A stretch of DNA of 64,000 nt from Camelus dromedarius (taxonomy: Eukaryota). Below, one piece after another: positions 24,661-36,500 of this stretch. Each line of letters starts with the position of its first letter. Positions within the stretch are counted from its first letter, which is position 1. Made by a program: the position numbers and the translations under genes. A model generated the notes under the pieces. That model had not been told where the DNA came from and did no database searches. It saw only the letters and a program-made list of their open reading frames with translations. The DNA lies in NCBI RefSeq assembly GCF_036321535.1, contig NC_087447.1, positions 40,736,001 through 40,800,000 of the forward strand. Direction: 5' to 3'.

Positions 24661-26382
24661 TCCAACTTTGGTGACCCCAGCGTGTTTGCCCTCCCAGGGA
24701 AACTGGCATTTATACTACTAATCACTGAGTGGGATGGGAAGGGCTTTTTCTTCTCTCATTAAAGGAAGTTTAGGCAGTCCTGGCAGATAGAGGACACATC
24801 TTGGGGCAGTCCTTGAAGTAGTTATCTCCTTGACACTTGGAGGTAATAAGCCGGGATGAGGGTCAGGGTGTGGAAGCTGGAAGCATTAAGGAGAGGGAGC
24901 CTGGAGGCTCAGCTTGCTTGGGGAAAGAGCAAAAGTCATGCCGTGAGTACCAGCTGAGTTTGCGCTTTGTGTATTCTGTGCCATTTCCCCTTTTTAAAAG
25001 CTCTGGCCGTTCTTAACCATCCTTCCGTGGGTTCTGTCTGCATGTGACCTGAGAGCCAAGGAGAGGAGATGGGTTTCCTGGAAGCCAATTGGTGAAGGTA
25101 TTTGGAGAGGTTCCTCTTCATTTGGTTCTGATCCATATACAGTATTTCAAGCTCCAGATCTGTTTTCCTGGTTCACAGATATTCTCGTCCTCCAAAGCTC
25201 ACACTAGGCTACAAACACTGAGCCCCTGCTCTGAACCTGAAGTCCCTCAAACACACCTTTGCTATTCTTTCATCCATCAGTCCTATCGTGATCTCATTCC
25301 TACCCTCTTCCCAATGGACACTACTCCAGAAGTACTTTTATAATCTTTGCTTCCTCCACACCTGTATTACTAGCATCTACTGCTGAAAGTGTGGATGTGA
25401 CCAGGGCTGGACATAGGAAGATAGCTTGACAGTCCATTTGAAAATAGTAGACACTCGAGTTCCTCTTTGACTCCATGGAGTCAGGTAAATAAATGCTGCT
25501 CCTCACCACCAACTTTGACAGGAGGCAGACGATTTACTCCTTGAGGAGAGTGAAACAGGGTTTTGGGCTGAGAGACAGGAAGCACAGAGTGGGGCGCTAT
25601 ACTGAAAACAGCAGAATTAAGTGAAAGCCTGTCTTACGGTGAATATGGAGACTTCCCCCAGCCATTGTCCTCCACTTGTTCCTCAACAGGAACAACCAGA
25701 TTTTTATACTCTAGTCATGTGATAAGAAGAGTCTTCTCTGGGGGACCCGATCAGCCTTTCAAAAAAAAACCTAAGATAGAAATAATGTGTGTTTTCCCCA
25801 AAAGTGATGCTCTCAGATTACTCTACTGTAAGACTCATAGTCACAAAGTACGCCCCTCCTCAGAGTTTCCAATTAATCTTTTAGTGCCCTACCCTTAAAT
25901 AAGAAGGGATGATTGAGGATCACCAGACACCAAAAACCAGCGGCAAGAAATAATACTTACAAGACATAAAACAAATAAGAAAAGGCAACCTAAAGGAAAC
26001 AGACAATCCAGGGAAATGAAGTTTTAAGAATTGTTAAATATCTTCAGAGGGTTGCAAGTAGAAATTGTGTTCAGAAAAAAGATATTTTTAGCAAAGAAAG
26101 ATCACAGTCTGAGCTCTTGGGAATTACCAACATGCTAGCAAAAATGAAACACTCAGTAGATATATTGGAAGCTAAAATTGAAGTTGTCTTTTGGAAAGTG
26201 GGAACAAGGTGAAAGAAAAAGAGTTGAAAAGCAGGAGAGAAAAGGCAGGTAGAACATCAGTCCTGGAGGTCCAACAGCCAAATTATAGGTGTTCCAGATA
26301 GAAAGATGGGATGAACAAGAAAGGAGAAATCATCAAAGAAATAACTCAAGAAAAAAATTTCATAACTGAGGCATATTCAGGA

Positions 26383-26562
26383 TTTTTTAAATTCGTTTTT
26401 TTCCTTATTTCTATTCTTATTTTTTTAATATAGTTCTTTTTATTTTGGGGGGGTAGGTAATTAGGTCTATTTATTTATTTTTAGAGAAGGTACTGAGGGT
26501 TGAACCCAGGACCTCGTGTATGCTAAGTATGTGCTCTACTACTTGAGCTATACCCTCCACCC
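26383..26562 (-). mobile_element. Vic-1-type tRNA-Ala-derived SINE (camelid)
   Basis: Reverse complement gggtggagggtatagctcaagtagtagagcacatacttagcatacacgaggtcctgggttcaaccctcagtacc plus A-rich tail; TSD aggcatattcagga (26369-26382) / aggcacatttagga (26563-26576). Confidence 0.9.
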
Positions 26563-26666
26563 AGGCACATTTAGGACTGAAAGGGCTCACTAACTGCTTC
26601 TCATAATGGATGAACATAAACTCATAACAAGACATGTAAAGGTGAATTTTCAGACCACTGTGGGCA

Positions 26667-26917
26667 TGGAGGGATAAATTGGGAGTTTGGGATTTGCAGA
26701 TACTAACTACTATACATAAAATAGACAAACAACAAGGTTCTACTGTATAGCACAGGGAACTATATTCAATACCTCTAATAGCCTATAATGAAATATATAT
26801 ATATTTACATAAAAACTGAATTACGATGCTGTACACCAGAAATTAACACAACATTGTAAACCAGCTATACTTCAATTAAAACTAAAAAATAAAAACTAGA
26901 AGATAAAATTTAAAAAA
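26667..26917 (+). mobile_element. 5'-truncated young L1 3' end
   Basis: gctgtacaccagaaattaacacaacattgtaaaccagctatacttcaatt plus A-tail; TSD agaccactgtgggca (26652-26666) / agaacactgtgtgca (26918-26932). Confidence 0.9.
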
Positions 26918-28729
26918 AGAACACTGTGTGCAAAGTGAAGCCCCTGTGAGTTCCCTTATGGAAAAGACAGGGGAGGAAGAATCATAATGGCCTCATATTA
27001 CTTCTAGAATAATATAGAACAATGCCTTCAACATTCTGAGGGGAAATGATTTCCAACCTGGAATTCTATACCCACCTAGACTATTAAGTGTGGGTGTGGA
27101 ATAAAGGTCATTTTCAGAAACACACCGCTGGAGATGGATGGGGAGGGGAGGCAGAGTATGTGAGAGTTAAACCTTTATCTTCTACTAGGGAAAGTCAATA
27201 GATAATGCTTAAACCTGAAAAAAAATTAGGAAGAAGTAATATAAGTGTGTTGTATAGAGATAGGGAGTAAATACCAAGAGAAAAAGCCAGAAGGATTAAA
27301 AAAAGTTGCCTCAGGACAGTGGGAAATATTAGGAGTCAGGGTGAGAGTGGGGCAGGATACTTTTAATAAGGTTTGTAGAAGCAGTTGACCCTTTAATCTT
27401 TGTACATATAAAGCTTGTGTAAATATAAGCAAGTAAAAAGTAAGGGTGAGGGAAAAGGAGCTGAAGCAGAGGAAGAGAAGGAGGAGGAAGAAGAGGAGGA
27501 AAAGAAAGAGGAGAAAAATGAAAAGGAAAGTGCATTGGAGCTGGAGGCTGGGAGACTGACTCAGGTCAGGGTTTTTCTCTGAGACTCAGTCTTCTCATTT
27601 TTAAGATGGGAGAAATGCGTCTCTGGTGTATTTTTATGAGACTTGGGTGTTCCTGGTATAAAGTAAGTGTACAATGAATGTTTATTTCAAGAATTTCTTT
27701 TGTTTTGAATGAGTGAGTGACTTAAGAAGGAGAAATTCTCTATAATGGAGCAATTCATTTATCTACTCATTATCTGCCCAACATTAGTGTATATAAGATG
27801 GTCATGGCCAACAAAGCCAAGGCAGCCAGCTCTGAGTCTCAGGTCACTTTTGCCTCCGTCCACATTTTCAGGTTCCCAACATGTGGGGCACAGCCTCTGG
27901 CAGGGAGAGGCTCCCTCACAGATGCCCTTCCCGTGGGAGGCATCCCTGGAGGGTTTTGTGCTGTGCTTTTCCTTACCTGGGGCACCTAGTGACGAAGGTA
28001 TAGAAGCACAAGTGTGGTCTGGGAAGGAATGTAGGATTCTGACCACCTGAGAGGGGGCCAGCAGGCCATTTTATGTAACCAGCTCTTCACCCTTCTGAGT
28101 AGCTAGACGTCTCCGAGGACCCCAGGGCATACCTGCAGCATACCAGCCTGGCTGGCCGCGGGTCTCCTGAGCATTTTCTTGCCCATTGACTAGAAGTTTT
28201 GTCCACTTGGTACCTGGAAGCAGCATGGTCTTGAGAATTTCTTTACACGCCTTCACTTTTCTAACAACACAGTTTTTTCGCCTTGTTCATTTTTAATTCA
28301 TCTAAGACAAATGCCCCACTTTCTACCAGGAAAAAAAAACAAACAAACAGGAATCCATAGTGCCCGCTGAAGCGTCGTCAGCCCTCCTCCAGGAAGCCTG
28401 AGGCTGGGATAGGAGTACCCTTCAGTGTAAGCTCTCTGGAGAGTCACCTCCTACTCCCACTGCCCGAGTCTCTGGTTGGATGATAATCGTCATTGCTTTT
28501 CCGGGGCCTCCTTGTAGCTATTTGGGGAAATAATTAGTCATCAGATAGGGTTTAGATAGAGGGTTTGACATCAATGCCTGGCCATCCTGGGTCTGAAATC
28601 ATCCCACTGCAGGAAAAAACTCACATGTACATTGAAACCCTATTAGATATTTTGTGATGGCTTTTCTTTTGCAAAATGCATGGATGGCTTAGATCCAGGG
28701 GTCTGTAGCAAATCCCTGTGGGATTTCAT

Positions 28730-28730
<1 letters not shown>

Positions 28731-28760
<30 letters not shown>
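28731..28760. repeat. (GT)15 microsatellite
   Basis: Perfect dinucleotide run. Confidence 0.95.
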
Positions 28761-28762
<2 letters not shown>

Positions 28763-29879
28763 ATTTTTTATAGTCACTTGTGAGAAGTGCTGTGAGCTGA
28801 AACTATAGGGACATAGATCATTTGCAATCAATAGATAAACCCTAAACTCTATTTCACCTGGCAATTTCTACCCTCTTGCTCAGCCAGATCTTTCATCCGA
28901 GAGGCTCCCAAGGACTAAATCAGCCAGATGGTTCTGGGCATTACAAGTTGCTGCAGGGTGGCTGGAGGAGGCCTCAGGAATCCATAGTTTTGTCCCCAAA
29001 AGCTCAGCCAGGCCTTAAACGCTGCCAGCCTGCACTATAAGGAAGCCATAGTGGGAGGATGACTTCCTTTTGGGGTATGTGAGGATGGATAGCCAACTTC
29101 TCAGACTCTGAGGTTATATCAGTAAGGCCTGGGCTCGGGTGCTTACCGTGGAGAAAGGCCAGATCTGAAACAGTGAGAGGGAAGTGTAGACAGAACTTGA
29201 AGATGTTAGATAAAGCAGAGAGAGTGGTACACTGGATTCACAGTGGAGGAAGGAAGGATTTCAAGTGGTATTAAATCAGAAGGAGGACTTCTAGATTTGG
29301 TGAGGAAGAAGTTAAGGGAAATTTTTGATAGAACAGCTTTAGTGGAATGTCAGGGACTGAAGCCAGACTCTATGGCATTTATGAGGGAGGAGGTGGTGAG
29401 GCAATGGAAGCCATAATGCGTGACCTAGGATGATGCCAACTACTGTTATTTGTGGTGTTGCCTAGGGCTCTTTGCACAGCAGGGTTGTGAGGTTGTTTCT
29501 GGGTGAATCAAGTAGGAGTGCTGTGATTGATTACTAATGTCTGATGTGGGCATAGGAGTGGTCAGTGTCAGCATGCGTGACACCCCAATGCCACCATTAG
29601 CAGAGAGTAGATATTCAAGGAGCTAGTGACTCACCACCATTCTCTCAGCATGGTCTGACCTTTCTAGTCTTCCTGTGTGTACTCAGAGTTGATATTCATG
29701 TTATGTCACAATCAGCCCAAGACTTATCCCAGCAGACACTGTAAACAACCAGGGTGCCCACAGAGTTGCTTATTACCAAATCTCAGCCCTACTGTTACTC
29801 AGCTTGTGGTGTCCTTTCCCTGTGTGGAACTAGTGAACACCATTCATTCTTCAAACTCTCTTCAAATGGCATCTCCTCA

Positions 29880-30150
29880 AAGTAGCATTTCCTGTAAACT
29901 TTGCTCCTTTTCCTATGTGCCATGATGCTTGGTGCATACCTGGATTATGGCAGTTGCAACACTTTAATATTGCATTTGTTTATGTGCTTTTATCTCCCTT
30001 TAACCTGGAAGCTACTTATGGGTGGCAGGGGTGCCTGATTCATCTGAGTCATCAGAGCTGAGCAAATGCCCGGCACATAATTGACACTCAGTAAATCGTC
30101 CCTCTTACCTAGCACAGTGTAGATGTTGATTAAATGTTTGATGACCTGAT
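29880..30150 (+). mobile_element. L2 3' end
   Basis: tgcccggcacataattgacactcagtaaat; acctagcacagtgtagatgttgattaaatgtttg. Confidence 0.6.
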
Positions 30151-30940
30151 TTGTTTGTGGTCAGTATTTTTTCTTTTTAATAAAGAAATGTGAACACATT
30201 TAAACGCAGCACAAAAATGCTTGGTACTCGACAAAACATCAGTGAATCAGTATTGGGCCCAGGGCTGTCCAGTCCAGATGGGCAGAATGACCTAGAAATG
30301 AGGCCTCTGCTCTATAGTTCCTTCTAAGAGCCCATCAGCACACACCCTGCCCTGCACCTGTGGGCGCTGACGCTCCCTTTGCTCAGGTGTGTTGACTATG
30401 GAGGGAACTGATGTTATCATTCATTTACTCAGCACAGAATGCGTACCTACTCTGGGCGGCACACACGCCCCAGCCCTCAGGGGCCCAATGGAAAGGAAAA
30501 CTGTGGGTAAAGGTAGACCTTCATGATATAAAAGGAAATCTTTTCATTTGTTTTTATGTGTCCAACCTATGTGGAAATAGTCTAGGAAAGAAAGAGCCTA
30601 GTACAAACAAGTTTTTAAAAGATAAAATCAAAATGGTGAAACAGGCAGAATGCATGTGTAACTGCAGGAATTCCATCTTGTGGTCATGCTGGGGGTCTGG
30701 GGTGCTGGTGATGACCCTGCTCGGGGTGGTAGTCTTGTGGGGCACTTGGCTTCATCAGGCTGTCCTCTTGTGTTAGGTGCTCTTTTCTGTATGTACGTTA
30801 CACATCAACAGAAAGAGGAAAAAAGACGATGCCTGGAAATAAAGCTGGAACCGTTGTAGAAGGTAGTGCAGTTTCTCATAATCCTCCCCTCCTACGGGAA
30901 TGTACTGTAATCGTTCTGACTCAAAATTAGGCAATCCTGG

Positions 30941-31014
30941 ATCACTTTGCTGTGCACCTGAACCTAACACAATATTGTAAATCAACTATATTTCAATTCA
31001 AAAATTCAAAAAAA
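30941..31014 (+). mobile_element. Very short L1 3' tail
   Basis: atcactttgctgtgcacctgaacctaacacaatattgtaaatcaactatatttcaat plus A-rich tail. Confidence 0.8.
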
Positions 31015-33950
31015 TTTCTTTCTAACTGTCAAAATCAGCCACAGATGAGCTCAGCTTTGCATTGGGAGGGAACCAGGGGCTTCATTTTATTGGATGTCAA
31101 ACCCAGGGTACCTGGCACTGGGCCTGGTCTGGGCAGGCCAACGTCCTATCTTTGTGAAAGAATGGGGCAGATGATGCCTGCAGCCCGTAGCATCACTGCA
31201 AGCCTTCAAGCAGTTTTGACCGGAAACTGCAGCAGAATTGGATTTCCTCCGGCACTAAGGAGAGCAATAGCTCTTCTTTATCAGGGTCCTTCACGTATGT
31301 CCTTCCTAGGCTGCTTCCTAGCAGCTCCACTTAACCTGAAAGAAGCTGAGCCTCAGAGAGGTGAGTTAACTTATCCAAGGGCACTCAGCTCACAAGTGGG
31401 ACAAAGCTGGCATTCGAAATAAGGCTCCTCCTCCTGCAAAGCCTCACTCTTCCTCCTATAGCACATTACCTTCGGTATCTCCAATGCCAGGTCTGGGACC
31501 AGGCAGTTCTACAATCTGTCCACTTCCTCAGGGGTGGCTGTTGGGAAGAGCAACCTGCTTTCCTCTGCTCTAGGGACCAAAGTAAGGCTGGGGGCCAGGA
31601 AGTCCTCGTCTCCCATAGGTGTTTGCCTGGCCTGTGCATTGCAGACATTTTAGTGGAGATGAGTTTGGGCCAGTGAGGGCTCATGGGTTAGATCAAAGCC
31701 CAAAGGGTCCATCTCAGATGTCTTCCTCCTTGGGCCAGCAAGTATACTTCCTCTCTCTTTCTGAGAGAGTTAAGGACTGGAGCTGGTGAAAATTTCAGCC
31801 GTGAATTTCTCTGAGGATACACTGCGCCCCTCATGACTGGCAACTTATTACAAATGTCACAACTTATCTGCAGCTGGAAGGATAATTTAGCAAACTCGGT
31901 GTCTGCCAAATGAGGATGTTTGCATTTCATACCAAGCATCCTGTTCGTGTGCTAACAGAGGCGATCAGAAGAGGAGGCCTCCATCAAACTAACAAATGAT
32001 TAACCTTAAAAGCAGACACATAAACAGAACCGTAACGGATGAATTATGCAGGGGGCCAGCCATGCCGCTGACAGCAGCCCACGTCTCGTTTCTCTGCTCC
32101 GGCCGTTCCTGTCAAGGACTTTCCTTTCTGTTCCCTTCCTGGCTCTCTCTACCTGTTTTCTTTTACATAGAAGCCAGCAGAGCATGTCAGAGGCCTCCTG
32201 TCTCTGCTCCTGAGCAGTCCTTCCCTAGAAGGGCTCAAGGACCGAGGCCTCTCAAAAGCTACACATGCTCCTGCCTGCCTGCCTGTCCAGTTGAATGGAC
32301 TGGGGACACTCCTGGCAAACACAGGGGCCTTTTACCCTAGCCTTTGGAGCTAAGTCAGGCAGTTCACAGAAGGGAGGAGGGTCAGGTGCTGTTGGTTTAA
32401 GCTTGTTTGCAAGGGGCCTCAGACCACATAAATCCTGCAAGCCTCACCTCTCCTTAGAGAGACATCTTATTTACACAGTCTGAGCCTGGCTTTATGAGTG
32501 ATGAGCTGAGCTGAGTGGAGGGTGCTTTATCCTCAGACAGGCCCTACACTTAGAGCTGTAGGTGTGTTCTTGCAGACTTCCTGCTTTGGGCCAGACAGGC
32601 ATTTGGCAACATGCAAGGCTCCTCTTGGCTCCTTCCAGCTGACAGCCTCCTGGTGCAAGGCTCCTACAGAGGTCCTGGCAAGGATCTACAGCGCTTGCGG
32701 GGAGCAAGACCTTGGGAGCGAGCCCTCAGCCCTTCCTGGGCTGCATTTGCTTCTCTCCTGCCGGGAATGGAGAGTCAGTTTGTGGGGGGGTAAAAAACAA
32801 ACAAAAAACCCCCCCAAAACAAAAAACAGTCATCTTAGCAACTTGGAGTCAAGGATCCAGAAACACAAAGCAAAACCTCACTTGTCCCACCCCCTAGGAA
32901 TCTGGAAATTGTGATGGCTAATACGGATCATAGGGGCCAACATTTGTACCAGGACTTCTGGTTCTCAAGGTGCTTTCCTCTGTGTTCTTTCACACACTCA
33001 GGCTACAGAAAAACAGGTCTTATAGAATTTAGGAATGAGGGATAAGTGGCTTTGCTTTGGGCCATCTCTGGAAGACACATGGTTATGTAACACAGGCAGA
33101 TTGTGTCTTGGAATAGTTTGTTCATGAAAGAGTTACATTTTCAAAAATACTGTGCTTCAAAAACTCAATGAATCGAGAGAATCAATAATAGAATAATATT
33201 AGTTTTTAACCACTTTATCAAGTGAGTTTTTCACCATTTAAAAACTGAGGCTGGGCAGATCCAAGACTCTGTGAGATTTAACCCTCTCTTTCCCTCTGTT
33301 AGTTATTCATTTCCATCGATAACTTGGTTAAACAGTTACAGAGCTGGAAATATAACAACACTGAATTTTTTTCGAACGTGGACTGTTAGAGAGCTGTGTG
33401 CACTGGAGTATGAACAAGACCAATGTTTGCTGAACAACTGAGTGAAGGAATGAATTCTGACTTCTACCTTCTGAATACAGGATTGTTGTCAAGTCTGGGA
33501 GAAGCTGGATAGTCATTTTCTGGTCTTTGTGAGTGGGGATGGGAGTGGGGTCCTTCCAGAGATGCTACCCAGGCCCAGTCTTGGGCTGTGAGCTCAGCCT
33601 CCTCAGAGCTGCTCCTCCGTCCAGTTTCCAGGCTGAGGGTGGTGTCACATAGAGGCCTCTGTGACAGTCAGCTAACAAGTCTGTCCTGTACATCCCTGCT
33701 AGTGCCTGGCTGCCAGGTCGGCCCAGCTCCGTGGGAAGAGCACAGAGGAAAGGAACTGCCAGATATAGGGGAAGCCAGATGATGTGCTTGGTGCTTTACC
33801 TTCTGCATTTGAAGGGAAAATGTAAGGAAAGGAGATCGCCGGTCCTCACCTGATGAAACGCACTGTCCAGGAGAGGGGCGGGGGTGGGGTGGCACGAGGA
33901 TGGGGGTGAGAACTTATCACTGCCAGCCCTCTTTCTGTGCTGGGCTTTGA

Positions 33951-34147
33951 AAAGTTTCTCAACCTCGGCAAGACTGACACTTTGGATTGGATCATTCTTT
34001 GTCGTGGGGGCTGTCCTGTTCACTGTGGGATGACTACCAGTGTTAACCAGCATCCCTGGCTTCTGGTTTCTACCCACTGCTGCCAGTAGTGTGCCCCCTG
34101 CCACTTCTGCCATGTGCTACAACCAAAAATGTCTCCAGACGTTGCCA
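33951..34147 (+). mobile_element. MER20 (hAT-Charlie)
   Basis: tttctcaacctcggca...ttctttgtcgtgggggctgtcctgttcactgtgggatg...acaaccaaaaatgtctccagacgttgcca. Confidence 0.9.
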
Positions 34148-35160
34148 CCGACCTAGGTGCTTGGCCTTTATGAACTCTTTTAAGCCTCAACAGTCATGAG
34201 GCGGGTGTTTCTGTCATTGTTTCACACGAGATGAAATGAACCCTTGGAGAGGTTTAGACATGTGCCTAAAGTCACATGAGGCCGGAGTGATGATGATGTC
34301 AGGGACTCCTGGGGGGCCAACCTCTTGCAAGTTCTTGATAGTGAATACCATCTGTCCAGAGTTCCACTCGTCTAGAATCTTGCACTGTGGTTTTTCTTCC
34401 TAGAGACCTACACTTTCCTGATCACTCACTTTGAGATCCTGTCTATGGTTCTCATGAAGTCTTTTTGTAGAGAAGCGTGAGATGAGAACAAAGGTGGTGG
34501 AGATGCCAAGTTTCAGCAATGCTTGGCCTTTCTTTTGGCTGTTGCTCCTTTTCTCTTGGTTTTTTTTTTTTTCTGCCTCTGTCTCTCTAAGTTTTAATCT
34601 CTTTGATAATTGGAGCCATTAAATCCTTTGGGTCTGGGTGCTGTTGGGAGTTAACTGTTGCCATTGCTGGGGGTCAGATGCCAGAGGGAAGAAGGGAAAC
34701 TGACTCTGCATCCAGCTCACCTGCATGATGCCGATGCCTCCATGTGGCCAAGTCACCACCTAGTGGTGGTTAGTGCTGTGGGGGAGTTGGTGAGTTTGAG
34801 CTGAGCTTTGCAGGGCACAAAGATGGTCTCGATCATCTTGGACCTGGAGGCCCTGGGCATGGCCCCTTGGAGTCAGCTGTCTTCAGACAACGTGGCCAGT
34901 GACCAGTACAGACTGGGGAAAACAGACTTTCTGGTCATGTGGGATCCTAGACTGGAGGAGCTGGGGAAGGCACCCCGGTTCCTAGATTCAAGTGACTGGC
35001 TTGTTTATGTTGCCCCTTAACATAGTTACATTTTCTGCTGGAAAGTTGAATATCATCTTCCTGTGTTTGGCTTCTACTCTGAGGATTTTATTCCTTTTCT
35101 CCTCCTCTTATTCCTGGTGATAATCATGATGATGATAATGATAATGATAGAATTTAACAT

Positions 35161-35950
35161 TATGATATTGTGATTTATAAGACATATGTATTTGGTCTTC
35201 ATCCCTGTTCCTGGCAAAGAGCTCCTAAAACCCTTGGAATTTCCAAAGTGATGAGTGTCTTTTGTTATGTTAAAGAAGTGGCTTTTGGAAAGCCCCTAGC
35301 CCACCTAAGGATGTGGGCTGGTCACCAGTAGAGCCAGCCCTGTGATTAGAGGGTTGTAAATTTCAGTCTCACCCGGACCTCCAGGGAAGGGAGGAGGGGG
35401 GCTGGAGTTTGGGTTTAATTACCAGTGGCCAATGATTTAATCAAGCATGCCTATGTAATGAAGCCTCCATAAAATCCCCCAAGGACAGGGTTTAGAGAAT
35501 GTCCAGGTGGTGAACATGTGGAGATTCAGGGCGAGGGGTGCACTCACAGAGCATGGAGGCTCCCTGCCCTTTCCCCACACCTTGCCCGGAGCATCTCTTC
35601 CATCTGGCTGTTCCTGAGTTATATCCTTTTGTAATAAACCAGTAATCTGGTGAATAAATGTTTCTCTGAATTCTGTGAGCCGCCCTAGCTCTAGCAAATT
35701 AATCAGACCCAAAGAAGTGGTCATTAGAACCTCCAATCTGTAGCTAGTCAGTTGGAAGCCCAGGTGACAACGTGGACTTGAGATTGGCATCTTAATTGGG
35801 ATGGAGGTAGGGTAGTCTGGTAGGACTGAGCCCTTCATCTGTGGGATCTGATGCTGTCTCTAGGTAGATAGTGTCATGATTGAGTTGAATTGTGAAAGAC
35901 CCAGCTAGATTGGATAATTGCTTGGTGGTGTGGAAAAAGCCATACTCACT
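35161..35950 (+). mobile_element. MER21-family LTR
   Basis: tatgatattgtgatttataag...tatttggtc...gagctcctaaaacccttggaatttcc; AATAAA at about 35633 and 35653; gtgggatctgatgctgtctctaggtagatagtgtca. Confidence 0.85.
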
Positions 35951-35954
35951 GTAA

Positions 35955-36170
35955 ACCTTTATTAAGCATGTACTGTGTACCAGGTACTGTGTCTAGTTAT
36001 TATATACATGGCCTCATGAAATCCTCACAGCAGCCCTCTGAGCTGTTTTGTTAACCCCATTCTATAGATGAGAAAACAAAGGCACTGACTGGGTAAGTAA
36101 CTTGCCTCCCCTGGGATCTGAACCTAGGCAGTTGGAACCATTATGATCTGACCTCTGGTTGGCTGCCACA
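35955..36170 (-). mobile_element. MIR SINE
   Basis: tactgtgtaccaggtactgtg...aatcctcacagcagccctctg...atagatgagaaaac. Confidence 0.8.
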
Positions 36171-36324
36171 TGCTGGGATGAGAGCAAGTTACAGAAGAAA
36201 AGGGAGGAAATTCTTACTCACCTTGAGGTTACCAAGTGGGAGGCCCAGGGCTGGGTGTTCCTCATGTGCTCTCTTTCAGAAAACTCTTGAGATTTAGACA
36301 GCTTCATTTTCACTTTGTAACCAA

Positions 36325-36500
36325 CAATCACGTGCTGAGAACCATGGTGTGCTAGGGACTGCTCTAGAAACTTCCAACATTATCCCTCGTTTTCCTAACA
36401 ATTGCTCAAGGTGGCTGACATCAACCCCTCTTACAGATGGGAAAACTGAGGCTGCCCGAGGTTAGGCTACTTGCCGAGTTTATGCAGCAAGGCTGAGCTG
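36325..36500 (-). mobile_element. MIR SINE
   Basis: ttacagatgggaaaactgaggctgcccgaggttagg. Confidence 0.7.

Larger units (their letters stand above)
25540..27430 (+). mobile_element. Highly decayed L1ME-type element (ORF1 region plus 3' remnant) hosting younger inserts
   Basis: A-rich; caatgccttcaacattctgaggggaaatgatttccaacctggaattctatacccacctagactatt is an L1 ORF1 C-terminal-like motif; no intact frame. Confidence 0.65.

Noticed and set aside
25468..25483. Perfect 16-bp palindrome tgactccatggagtca
   Set aside because: About one is expected by chance in 64 kb (64000/4^8)
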